Of a stretch of 52,137 bases of DNA, positions 36,638 through 46,748 are shown piece by piece. The first letter of the stretch is position 1, and every line of letters begins with the position of its first letter. The notes under the pieces are model-generated. The model saw only the letters and a list, made by a program, of their open reading frames with translations. It made no database searches and was not told the DNA's origin. The stretch comes from a virus (Duplodnaviria > Heunggongvirae > Uroviricota > Caudoviricetes), in the IMG/VR virus record IMGVR_UViG_2778261534_000002. The stretch is one strand, 5' to 3'. Position numbers and translations under genes: made by a program.

Positions 36638-37060
36638 TTAAGCAGAATAAGTGGTTGGAATTCTGAGCAGTAATCCAATCTTGGCTATGTGCTCATATGG
36701 CAGCTCTCCGGTTTTACCGTCATGTATCGAGGCTATCAGATTCAATTCTTGCGCCGCTTTACGAATTTCAGTTTCTGATGGAACAAGGCGAAAACCGATG
36801 TGTAACATTTTGATATAGAAAGGTAATAGTTCGTACTTCACCCGTAACTGTGCTGCCGCATCTTTCAAATCATGGATGATTTCTTGTTTTAAGTCAGAGC
36901 GGGGATTCGATAGCTTTGCTTGGTTAGACAATAACAGATGCGATATTTCCCCCAACTGTTCCTTGAATGAAATGTAAGACTCAACCCCCTTGATGATGAG
37001 TCGACCTAGGACAAAAACGCTTACTCCAGTGACAACAGTGACAAAAGCAGACGAACTCAT
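36638..37060 (-). CDS. membrane-anchored hypothetical protein
   Basis: 140 aa; N-terminal hydrophobic helix FVTVVTGVSVFVLGRLII; between humD and phd. Confidence 0.45.
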   Translation of the reverse strand: MSSSAFVTVVTGVSVFVLGRLIIKGVESYISFKEQLGEISHLLLSNQAKLSNPRSDLKQEIIHDLKDAAAQLRVKYELLPFYIKMLHIGFRLVPSETEIRKAAQELNLIASIHDGKTGELPYEHIAKIGLLLRIPTTYSA

Positions 37061-37194
37061 TCGCGTACCTAAAAAGAGAATTATAACCTCATCTTATCTT
37101 CAAGTGAGTAACCGCGTCTAATGGGAGGAATCATTTAAATGGCCAGGGCGATATAGATCCAGTCATGCCTCTCTATGGTTTCTCTGAAAACAAA

Positions 37195-37584
37195 TCATAT
37201 AGCAGGACTATCATCAAATTCACCGCCCCTGGCGTCATTGATAATGTGGGTGATCACACCAAAAACAGCATTACTGCCCGTGTATCCATCGTCATCTACT
37301 GGTAACGCCTCTTTCTTCCCGGTGCTTAAATCCTCCAGGTGCTGGCGCGGATACTTCCTGTATCTCTTTATGCGATATTCACCCTCCATAGCGCACACAA
37401 GCAGCGAACCATCAACTGGAGTAAGCGAAGAATCAACCACCAGCAAAGCACCCTGCAATATTCCCTCACGGTGATGGCTATCAGCTGCCCGCATGAAGTA
37501 GGTTGCTGATGGATGCCTGATTAGTTGTTGATCAAGAGAAATTCGGCTTTCAACATAATCCGCCGCAGGAGAAGGGAAGCCCAT
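37195..37584 (-). CDS. humD: HumD (UmuD-like S24 peptidase)
   Basis: 129 aa; LexA/UmuD-type fold with Ser-Lys dyad context; LexA box 19 nt upstream. Confidence 0.8.
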   Translation of the reverse strand: MGFPSPAADYVESRISLDQQLIRHPSATYFMRAADSHHREGILQGALLVVDSSLTPVDGSLLVCAMEGEYRIKRYRKYPRQHLEDLSTGKKEALPVDDDGYTGSNAVFGVITHIINDARGGEFDDSPAI

Positions 37585-37602
37585 AGCGTTTTACCTCAAT
37601 GA

Positions 37603-37622
37603 TACTGTTTATTCATACAGTA
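37603..37622. promoter_or_regulatory. LexA (SOS) box
   Basis: TACTGTTTATTCATACAGTA matches CTGT-N8-ACAG consensus. Confidence 0.65.
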
Positions 37623-37774
37623 TACATTGAAAAGGCATAGTTTGTGAAAGCGGGGTTTGTAAGCAACACCGCTGGCGGCAAGGTCTACGTTCACCTTGTC
37701 TCGCTCTTCCTGGCTTTTAGCTGCTATATTTCGATCTGACACAAGAAACCTCCAGGAGTTAGTGGATCGGGCAC

Positions 37775-38125
37775 ATGCACAACAACGTTCTCAATGTTAG
37801 CCGTTCAATTCAGACAATCAGAGACTGCACCAGTGTGGTGGCATCAATCCCATTGCGAAACAGCATAGACGAACTGCAAATTCGTGTATTGAATCTGAAT
37901 CAGGCTAATAAGCAATTGCGCTTTATTTTGACGCTGAAAAGTGAAACAGAGGGGATAAAGCACAGCGTAAAAGTGTTTTCTGAGGCCATTCTGCTTAATG
38001 GGAAGCTCCGGCATCTGGTAAGGCCAGAACGTCAATATCCTGACGTCCTGGCGCGTGAAAAAGACCTTCTTTCTGAAGTTCAGGATAGGGTGATCGATTT
38101 CGTCAAATGCTATCCCCTGCATTGA
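37775..38125 (+). CDS. hypothetical protein
   Basis: 116-aa ORF; competes with an antisense ORF (37844..38122); coding status uncertain. Confidence 0.3.
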   Translation: MHNNVLNVSRSIQTIRDCTSVVASIPLRNSIDELQIRVLNLNQANKQLRFILTLKSETEGIKHSVKVFSEAILLNGKLRHLVRPERQYPDVLAREKDLLSEVQDRVIDFVKCYPLH

Positions 38126-38394
38126 GGGCAGGTGTTCCCTTCCGCAAAGTAGGGAAAACTGCTATCAAGTTCATCACACCATCTGCGATGGTGGTAGCAC
38201 CAAAACGCCTCCCACGGTGCACGGAAATACTTCATCCACCAGGACACTCGATCAGGTATATCTGCTGGTGGCAGTTCTTCTGGCAATAATTTGCCTGATA
38301 ATTCCCTTTCCGCCCGCGACAGCATTTTTTTGAGGCTCGCGTTCTCTTTTTCAAGCTCATCTACGCGCACCTGTAATTCAGCTTTCGTTGGCAT
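38110..38394 (-). CDS. small coiled-coil protein with Cys/His-rich C-terminus
   Basis: 94 aa from ATG 38394 (SD GAGGTGG); CYHHRRWC ... CPQC zinc-binding-like tail; last gene of leftward operon. Confidence 0.4.
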   Translation of the reverse strand: MPTKAELQVRVDELEKENASLKKMLSRAERELSGKLLPEELPPADIPDRVSWWMKYFRAPWEAFWCYHHRRWCDELDSSFPYFAEGNTCPQCRG

Positions 38395-39544
38395 GGTCCA
38401 CCTCATGCTTTTCAGCCACCAGCGGCAATAAAGCCCTGGCCATCTTATGAACCAATAGTGCATCAATAATGCCAAGTGTATGCCCCGGCTTAATGTTTAA
38501 TGCCGCCTCAAGGTGACACCTTTCCAAGCCACTTTTCTCGGCTTGTTTATGATGATCTGGCGTAATAACGTCGCCTAAAACACGGCTAATTCTTTCTCGT
38601 AATTGCTGGGTGCCAGCACACTTGATCGCTGTATCGTGGAGACGGTTAACCAGTTCGCGATAAACATGCGGCTTAATTCGGATACGTTCACCGGTGACGC
38701 CCTTTCCTGGCGCTGGCACCGAACTATCCGGAATATCCGGATAGTTGCCAGCCAGTCTACGCAAAACGGCCTTAACAGCCTCAATACGGTCATCATCGCA
38801 ATTTTCCAGAGTATCTATGCGATCGAGCATGATGATGGCGTTATCAATATCAGGATTGCCGGTCCACTCATTACCGCGATTGGATTCGGCAGCCTGGTTG
38901 CCGCGTACTGGTTGATTATCGGCTTTACCCAGTCTATCGTTGCTGCATGAATGCCCTTCCAGCCAGGCCAATGCTTGTCGCATGAAATACGCAATATGTT
39001 TGCCGTGGTAATCGTCTTCATTGATGTGAAAAGCGATACTGCGGATGTATTCAATTGCGTTTTCAATAGCCTCCGGCGTTATCGGCGCTGACATATTTTG
39101 ATTTTGGAGTGCCAAGACGCGGCTGGCATCCTCAACACCTTTAACGGCATCTGCGCAGTAGTTATAGCGATTGCATTCCACTAACTTCTGCTTGAGGTTT
39201 TCAATTGCTTGCGCGACATCAGCCTGCATTACCGGAACTGGCGGAGTGGTATATAGTTTTCGGCATTTGTTTATCCAACCGGCATGGTCAGGCGTGTCTG
39301 TAAAGCGCAAATCGTTTTCGTAGCCCTCACGACTACGTTCTTTCCATTCCGTCCACGGAACACCGCTATTCCAAGTGGGGCGAGTGCAGGACTGATACAG
39401 AACAGGTTCAGCTTCCAGCGCTGCCAGAGCAATCCGTGCCAGTTCTTCCGCTTCTTCTGCTGGCAGTACAACGTTGCTACCAGGTCCGTATGTTTCGCGC
39501 CACTGCTTGATTGCCAGCAGTCGCTCTTTGGTAATAGTGGTCAT
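38378..39544 (-). CDS. hypothetical protein
   Basis: 388-aa ORF in leftward operon; no recognizable motif. Confidence 0.5.
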   Translation of the reverse strand: MTTITKERLLAIKQWRETYGPGSNVVLPAEEAEELARIALAALEAEPVLYQSCTRPTWNSGVPWTEWKERSREGYENDLRFTDTPDHAGWINKCRKLYTTPPVPVMQADVAQAIENLKQKLVECNRYNYCADAVKGVEDASRVLALQNQNMSAPITPEAIENAIEYIRSIAFHINEDDYHGKHIAYFMRQALAWLEGHSCSNDRLGKADNQPVRGNQAAESNRGNEWTGNPDIDNAIIMLDRIDTLENCDDDRIEAVKAVLRRLAGNYPDIPDSSVPAPGKGVTGERIRIKPHVYRELVNRLHDTAIKCAGTQQLRERISRVLGDVITPDHHKQAEKSGLERCHLEAALNIKPGHTLGIIDALLVHKMARALLPLVAEKHEVDHANES

Positions 39545-39750
39545 TTGTTAATCCTCAAAACTTTATGCCCGGGCGCAAAAGCACGCGTTTTGTCTTTGCT
39601 TATGCGCCAGCCATCCTTGCGCGCCTCTTTTGCACAACCAGACCATGACGTACCGATATACTCACCGAAGTCTGGCACTGGATATACACCTTCCGTACAC
39701 TGGCGGCAGTCACAATAGAGATGCATGGTGTAACTTGCGGCAATAGCCAT
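39541..39750 (-). CDS. small Cys-rich protein
   Basis: 69 aa from ATG 39750; CDCRQC...C motif; RBS region AAAGGAGAGTGATATGG duplicated at the next gene. Confidence 0.4.
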   Translation of the reverse strand: MAIAASYTMHLYCDCRQCTEGVYPVPDFGEYIGTSWSGCAKEARKDGWRISKDKTRAFAPGHKVLRINK

Positions 39751-39751
39751 A

Positions 39752-39946
39752 TCACTCTCCTTTAGTGCGCAAATGGTTTTTCCAGCGGTTTTGCGCCGCG
39801 CTGGGCTTTTTGCAAAAACCACAATCCATCATCCCGTAATATTTCATCAACCCCATCCGTCGGTTGCTGAGTCTCACCCACTGCCAGACGCCAGGAGCGT
39901 TTCTACGAACTAACAGAATCTTTGCTTTACGGTTGTTGGTTGCCAT
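39752..39946 (-). CDS. small basic protein
   Basis: 64 aa from ATG 39946; same duplicated RBS; MDCGFC motif. Confidence 0.35.
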   Translation of the reverse strand: MATNNRKAKILLVRRNAPGVWQWVRLSNRRMGLMKYYGMMDCGFCKKPSAAQNRWKNHLRTKGE

Positions 39947-39947
39947 A

Positions 39948-40709
39948 TCACTCTCCTTTGATGCGAATGCCAGCGGCGCGTGGCACATTAACTTCCACGA
40001 TGCGCACAGTTGGTTTGTACATCTCAATCGCTGTCAGCCAGTCAGCGCCGGTCATATGCTTTTCTGCATCGCCATTAGTCCATTGAACCGGCACACCAAT
40101 AGCTTTCATCGCAATTTCTATTTCCCCGGCAATGGCGCTTTTCCCGCAACCAGTAAAACCAGAGACAACGACAAGAACTTCGCCTTTGGCTGGTTTTATT
40201 TCCCGTGCTTCCAGTTCTGCAATGCGCTTCTCTGCGGCTTCCAGCTTCTCGCGCATATCGTCAACGTACTCGACCAGAGATCCGCCAGCAGGAATTTCGC
40301 ATTCCTCGACCAGTTGGAAGTAGATATCAGCTGCGGCCCGTGTGTTGCTATGCCTAGCGTCGCCCATCTCACCTTCACGAAGAGCATCGCGTTCGGCGGT
40401 AAGATTGGCTATTTTGCTGTCTTTGCCTTCCAGCTCAACGCGCAGCCTCCCAACCGTAAGCGCAATATCCTCGTTCTCCTGGTCGCGGCGTTTGATGTAT
40501 TGCTGGTTTCTTTCCCGTTCATCCAACAATGCCAGCGCGATATCTGGCGAAAAGTGCTTCATAAAATCGTTAAGCGCATTAATTCGCTGATCGAAAGGCA
40601 TTACAGGTGCTTCACCGGCAATTTTTGTTTTTTCAGCGATTTCACGAAGCTTTTGATAATCAATCTGGCTCACTGGTTGCCTCCTTTGCGGAGTTGCGCT
40701 TCGATGCAC
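39948..40709 (-). CDS. coiled-coil protein with C-terminal Walker A-like motif
   Basis: 253-aa ORF (start uncertain); central coiled coil; GFTGCGKS P-loop-like motif near C-terminus. Confidence 0.45.
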   Translation of the reverse strand: MHRSATPQRRQPVSQIDYQKLREIAEKTKIAGEAPVMPFDQRINALNDFMKHFSPDIALALLDERERNQQYIKRRDQENEDIALTVGRLRVELEGKDSKIANLTAERDALREGEMGDARHSNTRAAADIYFQLVEECEIPAGGSLVEYVDDMREKLEAAEKRIAELEAREIKPAKGEVLVVVSGFTGCGKSAIAGEIEIAMKAIGVPVQWTNGDAEKHMTGADWLTAIEMYKPTVRIVEVNVPRAAGIRIKGE

Positions 40710-40909
40710 GAAAAAAAAGACTCCCGAGTATGACTGTTAAGAGCTGGTGCGAACGCCGCGTTAAGAACGGCAGCATCACAGCCGTCATCAATATAGAGCG
40801 CAATTTTTTTCTCCAGGCGCGCTTTGGCTTCCTGCAACTGCATACCCCGGCACGCACGCGGGATATAATCAGCAATTTGAGCGATAGCTTTTTCGTTCTG
40901 TTTAAACAT
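40670..40909 (-). CDS. hypothetical protein
   Basis: 79-aa ORF, overlapping neighbours in operon. Confidence 0.35.
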   Translation of the reverse strand: MFKQNEKAIAQIADYIPRACRGMQLQEAKARLEKKIALYIDDGCDAAVLNAAFAPALNSHTRESFFSCIEAQLRKGGNQ

Positions 40910-41105
40910 GCTTCACCTCGATAGGCTTGATGGTGTCTAACAGCAGTCGACGGCGCGTATTTTCTGCAAAGTGGCGGCGTCCGGTATCTTTGTGGTAAAA
41001 CTCATTTTTGCCGACGACCCACATCCGCTCTGTTTGGTGCAGTTTTTTTACCTGCGGACCGTCTTTGGTGATCACGGTGCCGGTATGGGTTTTTACGATT
41101 GTCAT
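40902..41105 (-). CDS. hypothetical protein
   Basis: 67-aa ORF in operon. Confidence 0.35.
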   Translation of the reverse strand: MTIVKTHTGTVITKDGPQVKKLHQTERMWVVGKNEFYHKDTGRRHFAENTRRRLLLDTIKPIEVKHV

Positions 41106-41188
41106 GCCACTACCTCTTCGAACAGATGAACGAGACAGGCCGATGCTCGTCCACCTGAAAAACTGACGATTTGATGCATACTCACGGT

Positions 41189-41881
41189 TTATTCCTGAAT
41201 GCGCTTAAACTCGATTACCCATACCCACGGGTTAGATAGCCAGTTATCCTGCCCGTAAATACTGCGCCAGATATCACCAAAACCAACGCGATAAACAGCT
41301 TCCGGCGGCGTAATTTTGTACATCGCCGGAGATGCGCCTTCTGCTTTAGCATCTGCCTCGCTCATATCACGCAGCCGTTCCACACGCACGTCGGTAATTT
41401 CCAGCAAAATGCGCGATGCCCAGCGCGGCATGTGAATTGATGGACGCCACCCGCCATCAAATTTTTCATTCACAGTGTGAGGTTTCCAGTCGGCATCATC
41501 GGGTATCGACCACAAGCCGTAATCACCCGGCTTTTGCTCACAACTGGCCCGATAAATCCTTGCTGCGTTCTTCTCATCGCCACGACAAAGGTTGTCGTTC
41601 CAGTCCACACTGCAACCATCCTCATTGCCTAATATCGCCCACGCCTCACGGACCCATATGCGATCACCAACGTTACCGAACGGGCATAAACCATGTTCAG
41701 GTGCATCCATAACGTGGGTATAGACACCATTGCGTTTCTTTGTCGGTTTACGGATAACCAGGCAGTTATCGGCCCTGACATTTTTTACAGGTCGGCGAGT
41801 CTGCGTCTTCCTTCCTTCGAGGATGGCCCTGACCATCTCATCGTTAAAAATCATCCCGCGTTCTTTCATTTTTTGATCCAC
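41189..41881 (-). CDS. ASCH-domain protein
   Basis: 230 aa; MIFNDEMVRAILEGRKTQTRR block typical of ASCH/PUA-like domains; start may be an internal Met. Confidence 0.5.
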   Translation of the reverse strand: MDQKMKERGMIFNDEMVRAILEGRKTQTRRPVKNVRADNCLVIRKPTKKRNGVYTHVMDAPEHGLCPFGNVGDRIWVREAWAILGNEDGCSVDWNDNLCRGDEKNAARIYRASCEQKPGDYGLWSIPDDADWKPHTVNEKFDGGWRPSIHMPRWASRILLEITDVRVERLRDMSEADAKAEGASPAMYKITPPEAVYRVGFGDIWRSIYGQDNWLSNPWVWVIEFKRIQE

Positions 41882-41885
41882 CTCA

Positions 41886-42881
41886 TCAGTTATTGAAAGT
41901 GATCACTCCGCGCTCGATGGCGAAGTCAAAAAGCTGGTTAGCGGCTACGTAAAGGCGTATGCCATGTGCTTTTTCCCATGCCCGGACATCGTTTTCTGCG
42001 CTTCTGGCGCAGTCATCGCAAAGAGGAACAGCCCAGCGGTCGTGTTCGTTTAACGAGCGGGCGCGGTACATGAACGGGTGGTTAACTTTGCCACCGCATC
42101 CGATGCACGGACGAGAAACCACAAACCGGAGATAAGCCGGGCTTTTACCGAGGACCGCTTTTGGTCGGCGCATATAAAGCAGGCCGGAATCCTCATCTAC
42201 AGACAGGTTGACGATCTGCTCTGCGGTTATGTCCACCAGCTCGCGGGTACTGTGCTCCCAGGTGATATCTGATTCTTTCAGCGTACCGGTAGGGATTTCA
42301 GTTTTTGGCTGACAAAATGCAATGCGACCGGCTTCATCTGGTAGCTCATCTTTCAGATTCCGGCGAATGGCCCAAAAAGTGAGTTCAACCATGCTCAGAT
42401 CGCGTTCTGGCGGTAGTTTTAACTCGCTCGCAGCCCAGTTCATAACCCAGTTGGCACGATTCAGGGATAACTGGTCGTCCAACTTGCTGTACCCCTTCAT
42501 CATGTATTCCGCATCATGCTTCCAGCACAGGCGAACGGCAGAGCCGTTATAGAAATGAGTGGTTAGCTGGTGGCTGCAATCGCGCTTATCGTGCGCCTGG
42601 CAATCGTGGATATTGGAACTTACCCAATGAACAAGCGAATCTTCACCGCCCAACGCGTTAAATACGCGCTCGCTTTGAAAAAACGGTTTCAGAGACTGGT
42701 TGGCAACCAGCGAATAATTCAGATCCACTACGCCATCTGGCGTGTTTTCAGCCTGTTCACGCGGAAGTGGGGAGATAATGAAACGGCGACCTGCGCCAAT
42801 GTAGTTACTGGTGGGCTTGTCTACCGGAAAGACAGCCACACCAGCTCCGTTTACGAAATGAGGTGTGATTATTGCACTCAT
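41886..42881 (-). CDS. hypothetical protein with C-terminal zinc-ribbon-like motif
   Basis: 331 aa; CIGCGG ... CDDC cysteine pairs near C-terminus; operator-like motif 40-75 nt upstream. Confidence 0.5.
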   Translation of the reverse strand: MSAIITPHFVNGAGVAVFPVDKPTSNYIGAGRRFIISPLPREQAENTPDGVVDLNYSLVANQSLKPFFQSERVFNALGGEDSLVHWVSSNIHDCQAHDKRDCSHQLTTHFYNGSAVRLCWKHDAEYMMKGYSKLDDQLSLNRANWVMNWAASELKLPPERDLSMVELTFWAIRRNLKDELPDEAGRIAFCQPKTEIPTGTLKESDITWEHSTRELVDITAEQIVNLSVDEDSGLLYMRRPKAVLGKSPAYLRFVVSRPCIGCGGKVNHPFMYRARSLNEHDRWAVPLCDDCARSAENDVRAWEKAHGIRLYVAANQLFDFAIERGVITFNN

Positions 42882-42922
42882 AATGTATACCGACTCTGTT
42901 TTGTTCCGAGCGGTAAAATAAT

Positions 42923-42953
42923 ATGTTAGAAAACTAAAATCAATGTTCTAACA
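42923..42953. promoter_or_regulatory. operator-like motif pair
   Basis: ATGTTAGAAAACTAA (42923-42937) plus partial inverted copy TGTTCTAACA (42944-42953). Confidence 0.45.
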
Positions 42954-42978
42954 AATTTTGAGTGCGTAAATGATTTGA

Positions 42979-43701
42979 TCAGACTTTAAGCTGCCCTCCC
43001 TTCACCTGCATTAGCGTCAGATTTCCGCAAAAAACCGCGCCCGTGTCTATGTAGTGCTGATTCCAGTATGCTTTTGGTCTTCGTACCGGTGTGTGCCCAA
43101 AGATAAAGCGATCTGCGCCTGTGATTTCTCCACCAATGCCATCTATCGAATCACCGACGCGACTGCGCGACCAGACAACATCAAAAAGCGACACATCCTT
43201 ACCGAACTGGTACTCTCCACCTGGATAGTCGGCATGGGCTATAACGATAGTTTCATGCCCGGTGTTCAACTCAATGATATATGGCAGACGCTTTACCAGC
43301 TCCACCAGCGCCTTGGCTAATATTTCCTGATCAGTGTCCAGCATGAAGAACCATTGTCCGCCATTCATTAGCCAGTTATTCACGTTGCCATCAGGACTTA
43401 ACGCATCAAGCATCAACCGCTCATGGTTCCCCATTACTGCCCTGAACCAGGGCATCTGCAATAGTTCCAGACATTCGACATTTTCAGTACCGCGATCGAT
43501 AAGGTCGCCAACCGATATCAGTAAATCCTGCGCCGGGTCAAAATCCACACGATGGAGTTCGGACATCAGTCTGGTGTAGCAACCATGCAGATCACCAACA
43601 ACCCATATGTTTCTGTAGCCAGAACCATCAATACGGCTATATAAATTCACTTCATGCATAGCCTGGATCATGCGGCAACCTTCTCCCGCAGCCAGATACA
43701 A
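42979..43701 (-). CDS. Ser/Thr protein phosphatase (calcineurin-like metallophosphoesterase)
   Basis: 240-aa ORF; GDLHG, GDLIDRG and GNHE metal-binding motifs in the order seen in lambda-type phosphatases. Confidence 0.8.
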   Translation of the reverse strand: MYLAAGEGCRMIQAMHEVNLYSRIDGSGYRNIWVVGDLHGCYTRLMSELHRVDFDPAQDLLISVGDLIDRGTENVECLELLQMPWFRAVMGNHERLMLDALSPDGNVNNWLMNGGQWFFMLDTDQEILAKALVELVKRLPYIIELNTGHETIVIAHADYPGGEYQFGKDVSLFDVVWSRSRVGDSIDGIGGEITGADRFIFGHTPVRRPKAYWNQHYIDTGAVFCGNLTLMQVKGGQLKV

Positions 43702-43979
43702 ACTGGACCATCTTCAGTGTCATGAATAGAGCCAACAAACCAGCCTTCACCCTCTGGTCGCTCCGGTTCCCAGGCGGCAATATCGGGACCAGCTGCGTCC
43801 AGATCAAAATCATCTTCATCCATACTGCGAATAGTCCACTGAAGATTATTTTCCTTCATCCAGGCGTCAAATTCCTCAGTGGAAATATATTCACGGCCTG
43901 CGCAAAACTTTTCATACTCCGGATGTGTCCAGCAGCCATATTCATCACGTTCTACCGGCATTTCTTTAATTGTGCTCAC
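43668..43979 (-). CDS. hypothetical acidic protein
   Basis: 103-aa ORF in operon. Confidence 0.4.
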   Translation of the reverse strand: MSTIKEMPVERDEYGCWTHPEYEKFCAGREYISTEEFDAWMKENNLQWTIRSMDEDDFDLDAAGPDIAAWEPERPEGEGWFVGSIHDTEDGPVCIWLREKVAA

Positions 43980-44200
43980 TCTTCATCCTCCAAGTCGGCA
44001 ACGGCATCCATCACATCAGAACCGCGAATAAACTCAAAAGCACGGCAAGCCATTTCAAACACCTGTTGTTCTTGCGGATGCGGTGACTCCCAATACTTAA
44101 AACCAGGTCGATGCTCGTAACCCATCATGGAATAAAAATCGCCAGCAAGTTCAATCGCGGCATCAACAAGTTCGCGATTTGTCATCGTCTGTTCTGTCAT
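43976..44200 (-). CDS. hypothetical acidic protein
   Basis: 74-aa ORF; 4-nt overlaps with neighbours. Confidence 0.4.
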   Translation of the reverse strand: MTEQTMTNRELVDAAIELAGDFYSMMGYEHRPGFKYWESPHPQEQQVFEMACRAFEFIRGSDVMDAVADLEDEE

Positions 44201-44505
44201 TTTGTTTTCTCCTGTCTGAACATCACTATCATCAGGTCGCCTTTTGTCGCTATCCTCGCTGTTGTGCCTGGTTCAATGCTGCCAAGTTCAAATGCGTCAT
44301 AGAACGCTTCTAATGCCTTCTGGCGTAGTTCCTGTTTGCGCCGTTTTTTCCACTGTTTCAGGAAAATGGAACCCAGCCATCGCCATGTACGGGACATGAT
44401 GTAAAGCCAACCGAGAAGTGCCAGACCGGTATTTAGGGCCGTATCGAGCGTTATCGTGGTGTCGATATTCACTGGCTGCTTCCTTTGCGAATCTGTTCCG
44501 CCCAT
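44197..44505 (-). CDS. hypothetical membrane protein
   Basis: 102 aa; hydrophobic helix LALLGWLYIMS followed by basic stretch. Confidence 0.4.
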   Translation of the reverse strand: MGGTDSQRKQPVNIDTTITLDTALNTGLALLGWLYIMSRTWRWLGSIFLKQWKKRRKQELRQKALEAFYDAFELGSIEPGTTARIATKGDLMIVMFRQEKTK

Positions 44506-45254
44506 TCTTCAAGGGATTTCTCCGCATATTCACCGGACAGGCCATCAAGCGGATGCGGTTCATTAGCCAACTCTTCTTTCGCTGACAAAATCATGCGTGT
44601 AACGTCGAAAACTTCACGCAAAGACTTATTGATAAATCCGTGATTGAACGCAGCAGCAAGACGGCTTGCGGTGTAGTTAATCCCCTCGTTGCGTGCCTCC
44701 GCACGTACTTCAGCCAGGAAAGCGTCGGTGGCCGGAGTTTCAGGAATCCGTCTCCTCATCAGTTCTATTGCATGATTGAACCCGAAATCTTCCGCGAGAG
44801 ATACGTCATCCATATTGTCATTGTCATCCTCAATATCCCGTGATTCTGGAATTGCAGACTTTATTCCCGCATTCTCCGCCGCCAGCGCCGCGCAATTACC
44901 CTCCAGCTCTGCAATGCGCTGTTTTGCGGCATCAAGTTCAATCGATAATTTTTCCAACTGCTCTTTATGCTTCTTGTATTCCTGATATGCGTGCCAGGAC
45001 TGACCTTTGCGCACACTATCAGTAATATCAGTAATCTGTTCTGGTGTTAGCGTGGTCAGTGGCTGTGCTGGAAAAATCATCACTTGCCCGGCATCCCAAT
45101 CAAAACCCACCTGAATTGACTGAACCTCAACTGATGGTGTTGAACCGATGCGACCAGGCGAATGAACAACGATCGTTACATCCATATCGCGACGATGGCT
45201 GTGGTTGTTGGACAAAATACGATTCACCAACTCAGAAAATTTGGAAAATTTCAT
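44469..45254 (-). CDS. coiled-coil paralog A (Ea22-like family)
   Basis: 261 aa from ATG 45254 (ATGA overlap with upstream gene); shares coiled coil ([15 protein letters not shown]) and C-terminal block ([19 protein letters not shown] ... EQIRKG) with 45574..46242 and 46239..46748. Confidence 0.5.
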   Translation of the reverse strand: MKFSKFSELVNRILSNNHSHRRDMDVTIVVHSPGRIGSTPSVEVQSIQVGFDWDAGQVMIFPAQPLTTLTPEQITDITDSVRKGQSWHAYQEYKKHKEQLEKLSIELDAAKQRIAELEGNCAALAAENAGIKSAIPESRDIEDDNDNMDDVSLAEDFGFNHAIELMRRRIPETPATDAFLAEVRAEARNEGINYTASRLAAAFNHGFINKSLREVFDVTRMILSAKEELANEPHPLDGLSGEYAEKSLEEWAEQIRKGSSQ

Positions 45255-45577
45255 GCTGATTCCCTTTGCTCTTCCTGGATAATGTTGTTGCAATCTTTCA
45301 CGCACTCGTTGCAGATGAAAACGTTGTCCCCGGCAATTAACTTTTTAACGGTGTGCTGGGATTTGTTACAGAAGCTGCAATAAAGCGTTGGACTGGCTGA
45401 TACGGATGGTGCGCCAGATGTCAGCCGCGCGATGTCGTTCTTGCGACGCAATATCACACGGCTGCACTCGACCAGCATCTCCGGGGATATCTTCTCCTCC
45501 GTAGCGAGCGTTTCTAATCGTTCGAGTATGTGGAAGGCTTTTTCCTGGGTAATTGCAGAATGCGATGTGGTCATCAT
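45251..45577 (-). CDS. protein with ClpX-type zinc-finger domain
   Basis: 108 aa; C-terminal [35 protein letters not shown] closely matches the ClpX N-terminal C4 zinc-binding domain pattern. Confidence 0.6.
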   Translation of the reverse strand: MMTTSHSAITQEKAFHILERLETLATEEKISPEMLVECSRVILRRKNDIARLTSGAPSVSASPTLYCSFCNKSQHTVKKLIAGDNVFICNECVKDCNNIIQEEQRESA

Positions 45578-46242
45578 CTTTTCCCTTCAAAGTTCGGGCG
45601 CAGGCAGGATTGTCCTTTACGAAGCAGGGCTGCGAACCTGTCAGCCGCATCCGCGCAAGCAGAAGCAACGGAATCAAAAAATGGATCATCTCCGGTATCG
45701 CGCATCGTCAAAGCGAATGCCTCCAATCCCTGAGCCTGTATTTCAACAAGGTAAGCTTCAGATGTAGTGCTTTTCACCTCGCCTAATTTGTTATGAGCTA
45801 TGTTCGCTACACATGCGATGTCTATATCTGGATGATTAATTGGGAGATGGCTAAGAATTTCCTCAAGTGCTGCTTTTTTGTTTTGGCATTCCGCCACCAG
45901 CGCCCCGCAATTGCTTTCCAGCTCTGCAATACACTTTTTAGCGGCTTCCAGCTCAACACGCAGATTCTCAAGCGTTAGAGCCATCTCCACGTTCTCGTCC
46001 AGCAGTTCAATCACATCAGGATCGCTATCATCAACTACTGTTATGCGCGATTTTTTGTAATGCTCGTCAGCATAAGTTCGTCCAGTTTTGAAGCATCCGT
46101 CTTCCTCCATGCCAGAACAGGCATAAACAACATGTGATCCAGATATGCGCTGCATTGACATTTCCTCGCCACAAACAGAGCATTTAGGCGCTGGTTTCGG
46201 TGAAAAACGTTCACGTAACGTCTGATAATAAAGCTCGCTCAC
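45574..46242 (-). CDS. coiled-coil paralog B (Ea22-like family)
   Basis: 222 aa; N-terminal Cys cluster, coiled coil [29 protein letters not shown]. Confidence 0.5.
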   Translation of the reverse strand: MSELYYQTLRERFSPKPAPKCSVCGEEMSMQRISGSHVVYACSGMEEDGCFKTGRTYADEHYKKSRITVVDDSDPDVIELLDENVEMALTLENLRVELEAAKKCIAELESNCGALVAECQNKKAALEEILSHLPINHPDIDIACVANIAHNKLGEVKSTTSEAYLVEIQAQGLEAFALTMRDTGDDPFFDSVASACADAADRFAALLRKGQSCLRPNFEGKR

Positions 46243-46748
46243 TGGATGACTCCTTTACGAAGCTGTTCGGCGATATCTTCGAGAACGCCATCAGAGAATG
46301 AGCGGTCAAAATCGCCTTCCGGCGCATTAGCCATAAACTCAGTAGAGGTAAGAATCATCCGGGCAATATCCGCGGCGTTCTTCGCAGTATCATCAATAAA
46401 ACCAGCTACCCAGGCAGCCAGCATTCTGTTCGCCACAAAGTAAGCGCCCTCCTTGCGTGCTTCAGTCTTCACTTCATCCAGGAAAGTGTCGGTCGCAGGA
46501 GTAGTTTTTTGTGGTGATAGGGCGATACGAATTGTTTCAAGAGCTGGATCTATTTCCACTGTTGGCACCTTGATAAAACCAAGCTGCACGCCATTCATAA
46601 TGAACGTGCGGCGATCCTCACATATCGCCTTCAGTCTCGCATTCTCCGCAGCCAGCGCCGCGCGCTCTTTCTCAAGTCGGGAAATTTCCGTTACATACTC
46701 AGCGTTACGCTCTGCCAGTTGTGCGGGCGTTAAACCTTCAGACTTCAT
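46239..46748 (-). CDS. coiled-coil paralog C (Ea22-like family)
   Basis: 169 aa; coiled coil and C-terminal block TPATDTFLDEVKTEARKEG ... EQLRKG. Confidence 0.5.
   Translation of the reverse strand: MKSEGLTPAQLAERNAEYVTEISRLEKERAALAAENARLKAICEDRRTFIMNGVQLGFIKVPTVEIDPALETIRIALSPQKTTPATDTFLDEVKTEARKEGAYFVANRMLAAWVAGFIDDTAKNAADIARMILTSTEFMANAPEGDFDRSFSDGVLEDIAEQLRKGVIQ

Noticed and set aside
37844-38122. 92-aa minus-strand ORF antisense to 37775..38125
   Set aside because: Only one of the two overlapping ORFs can plausibly be real; neither has strong support, and the plus-strand one was kept at low confidence.
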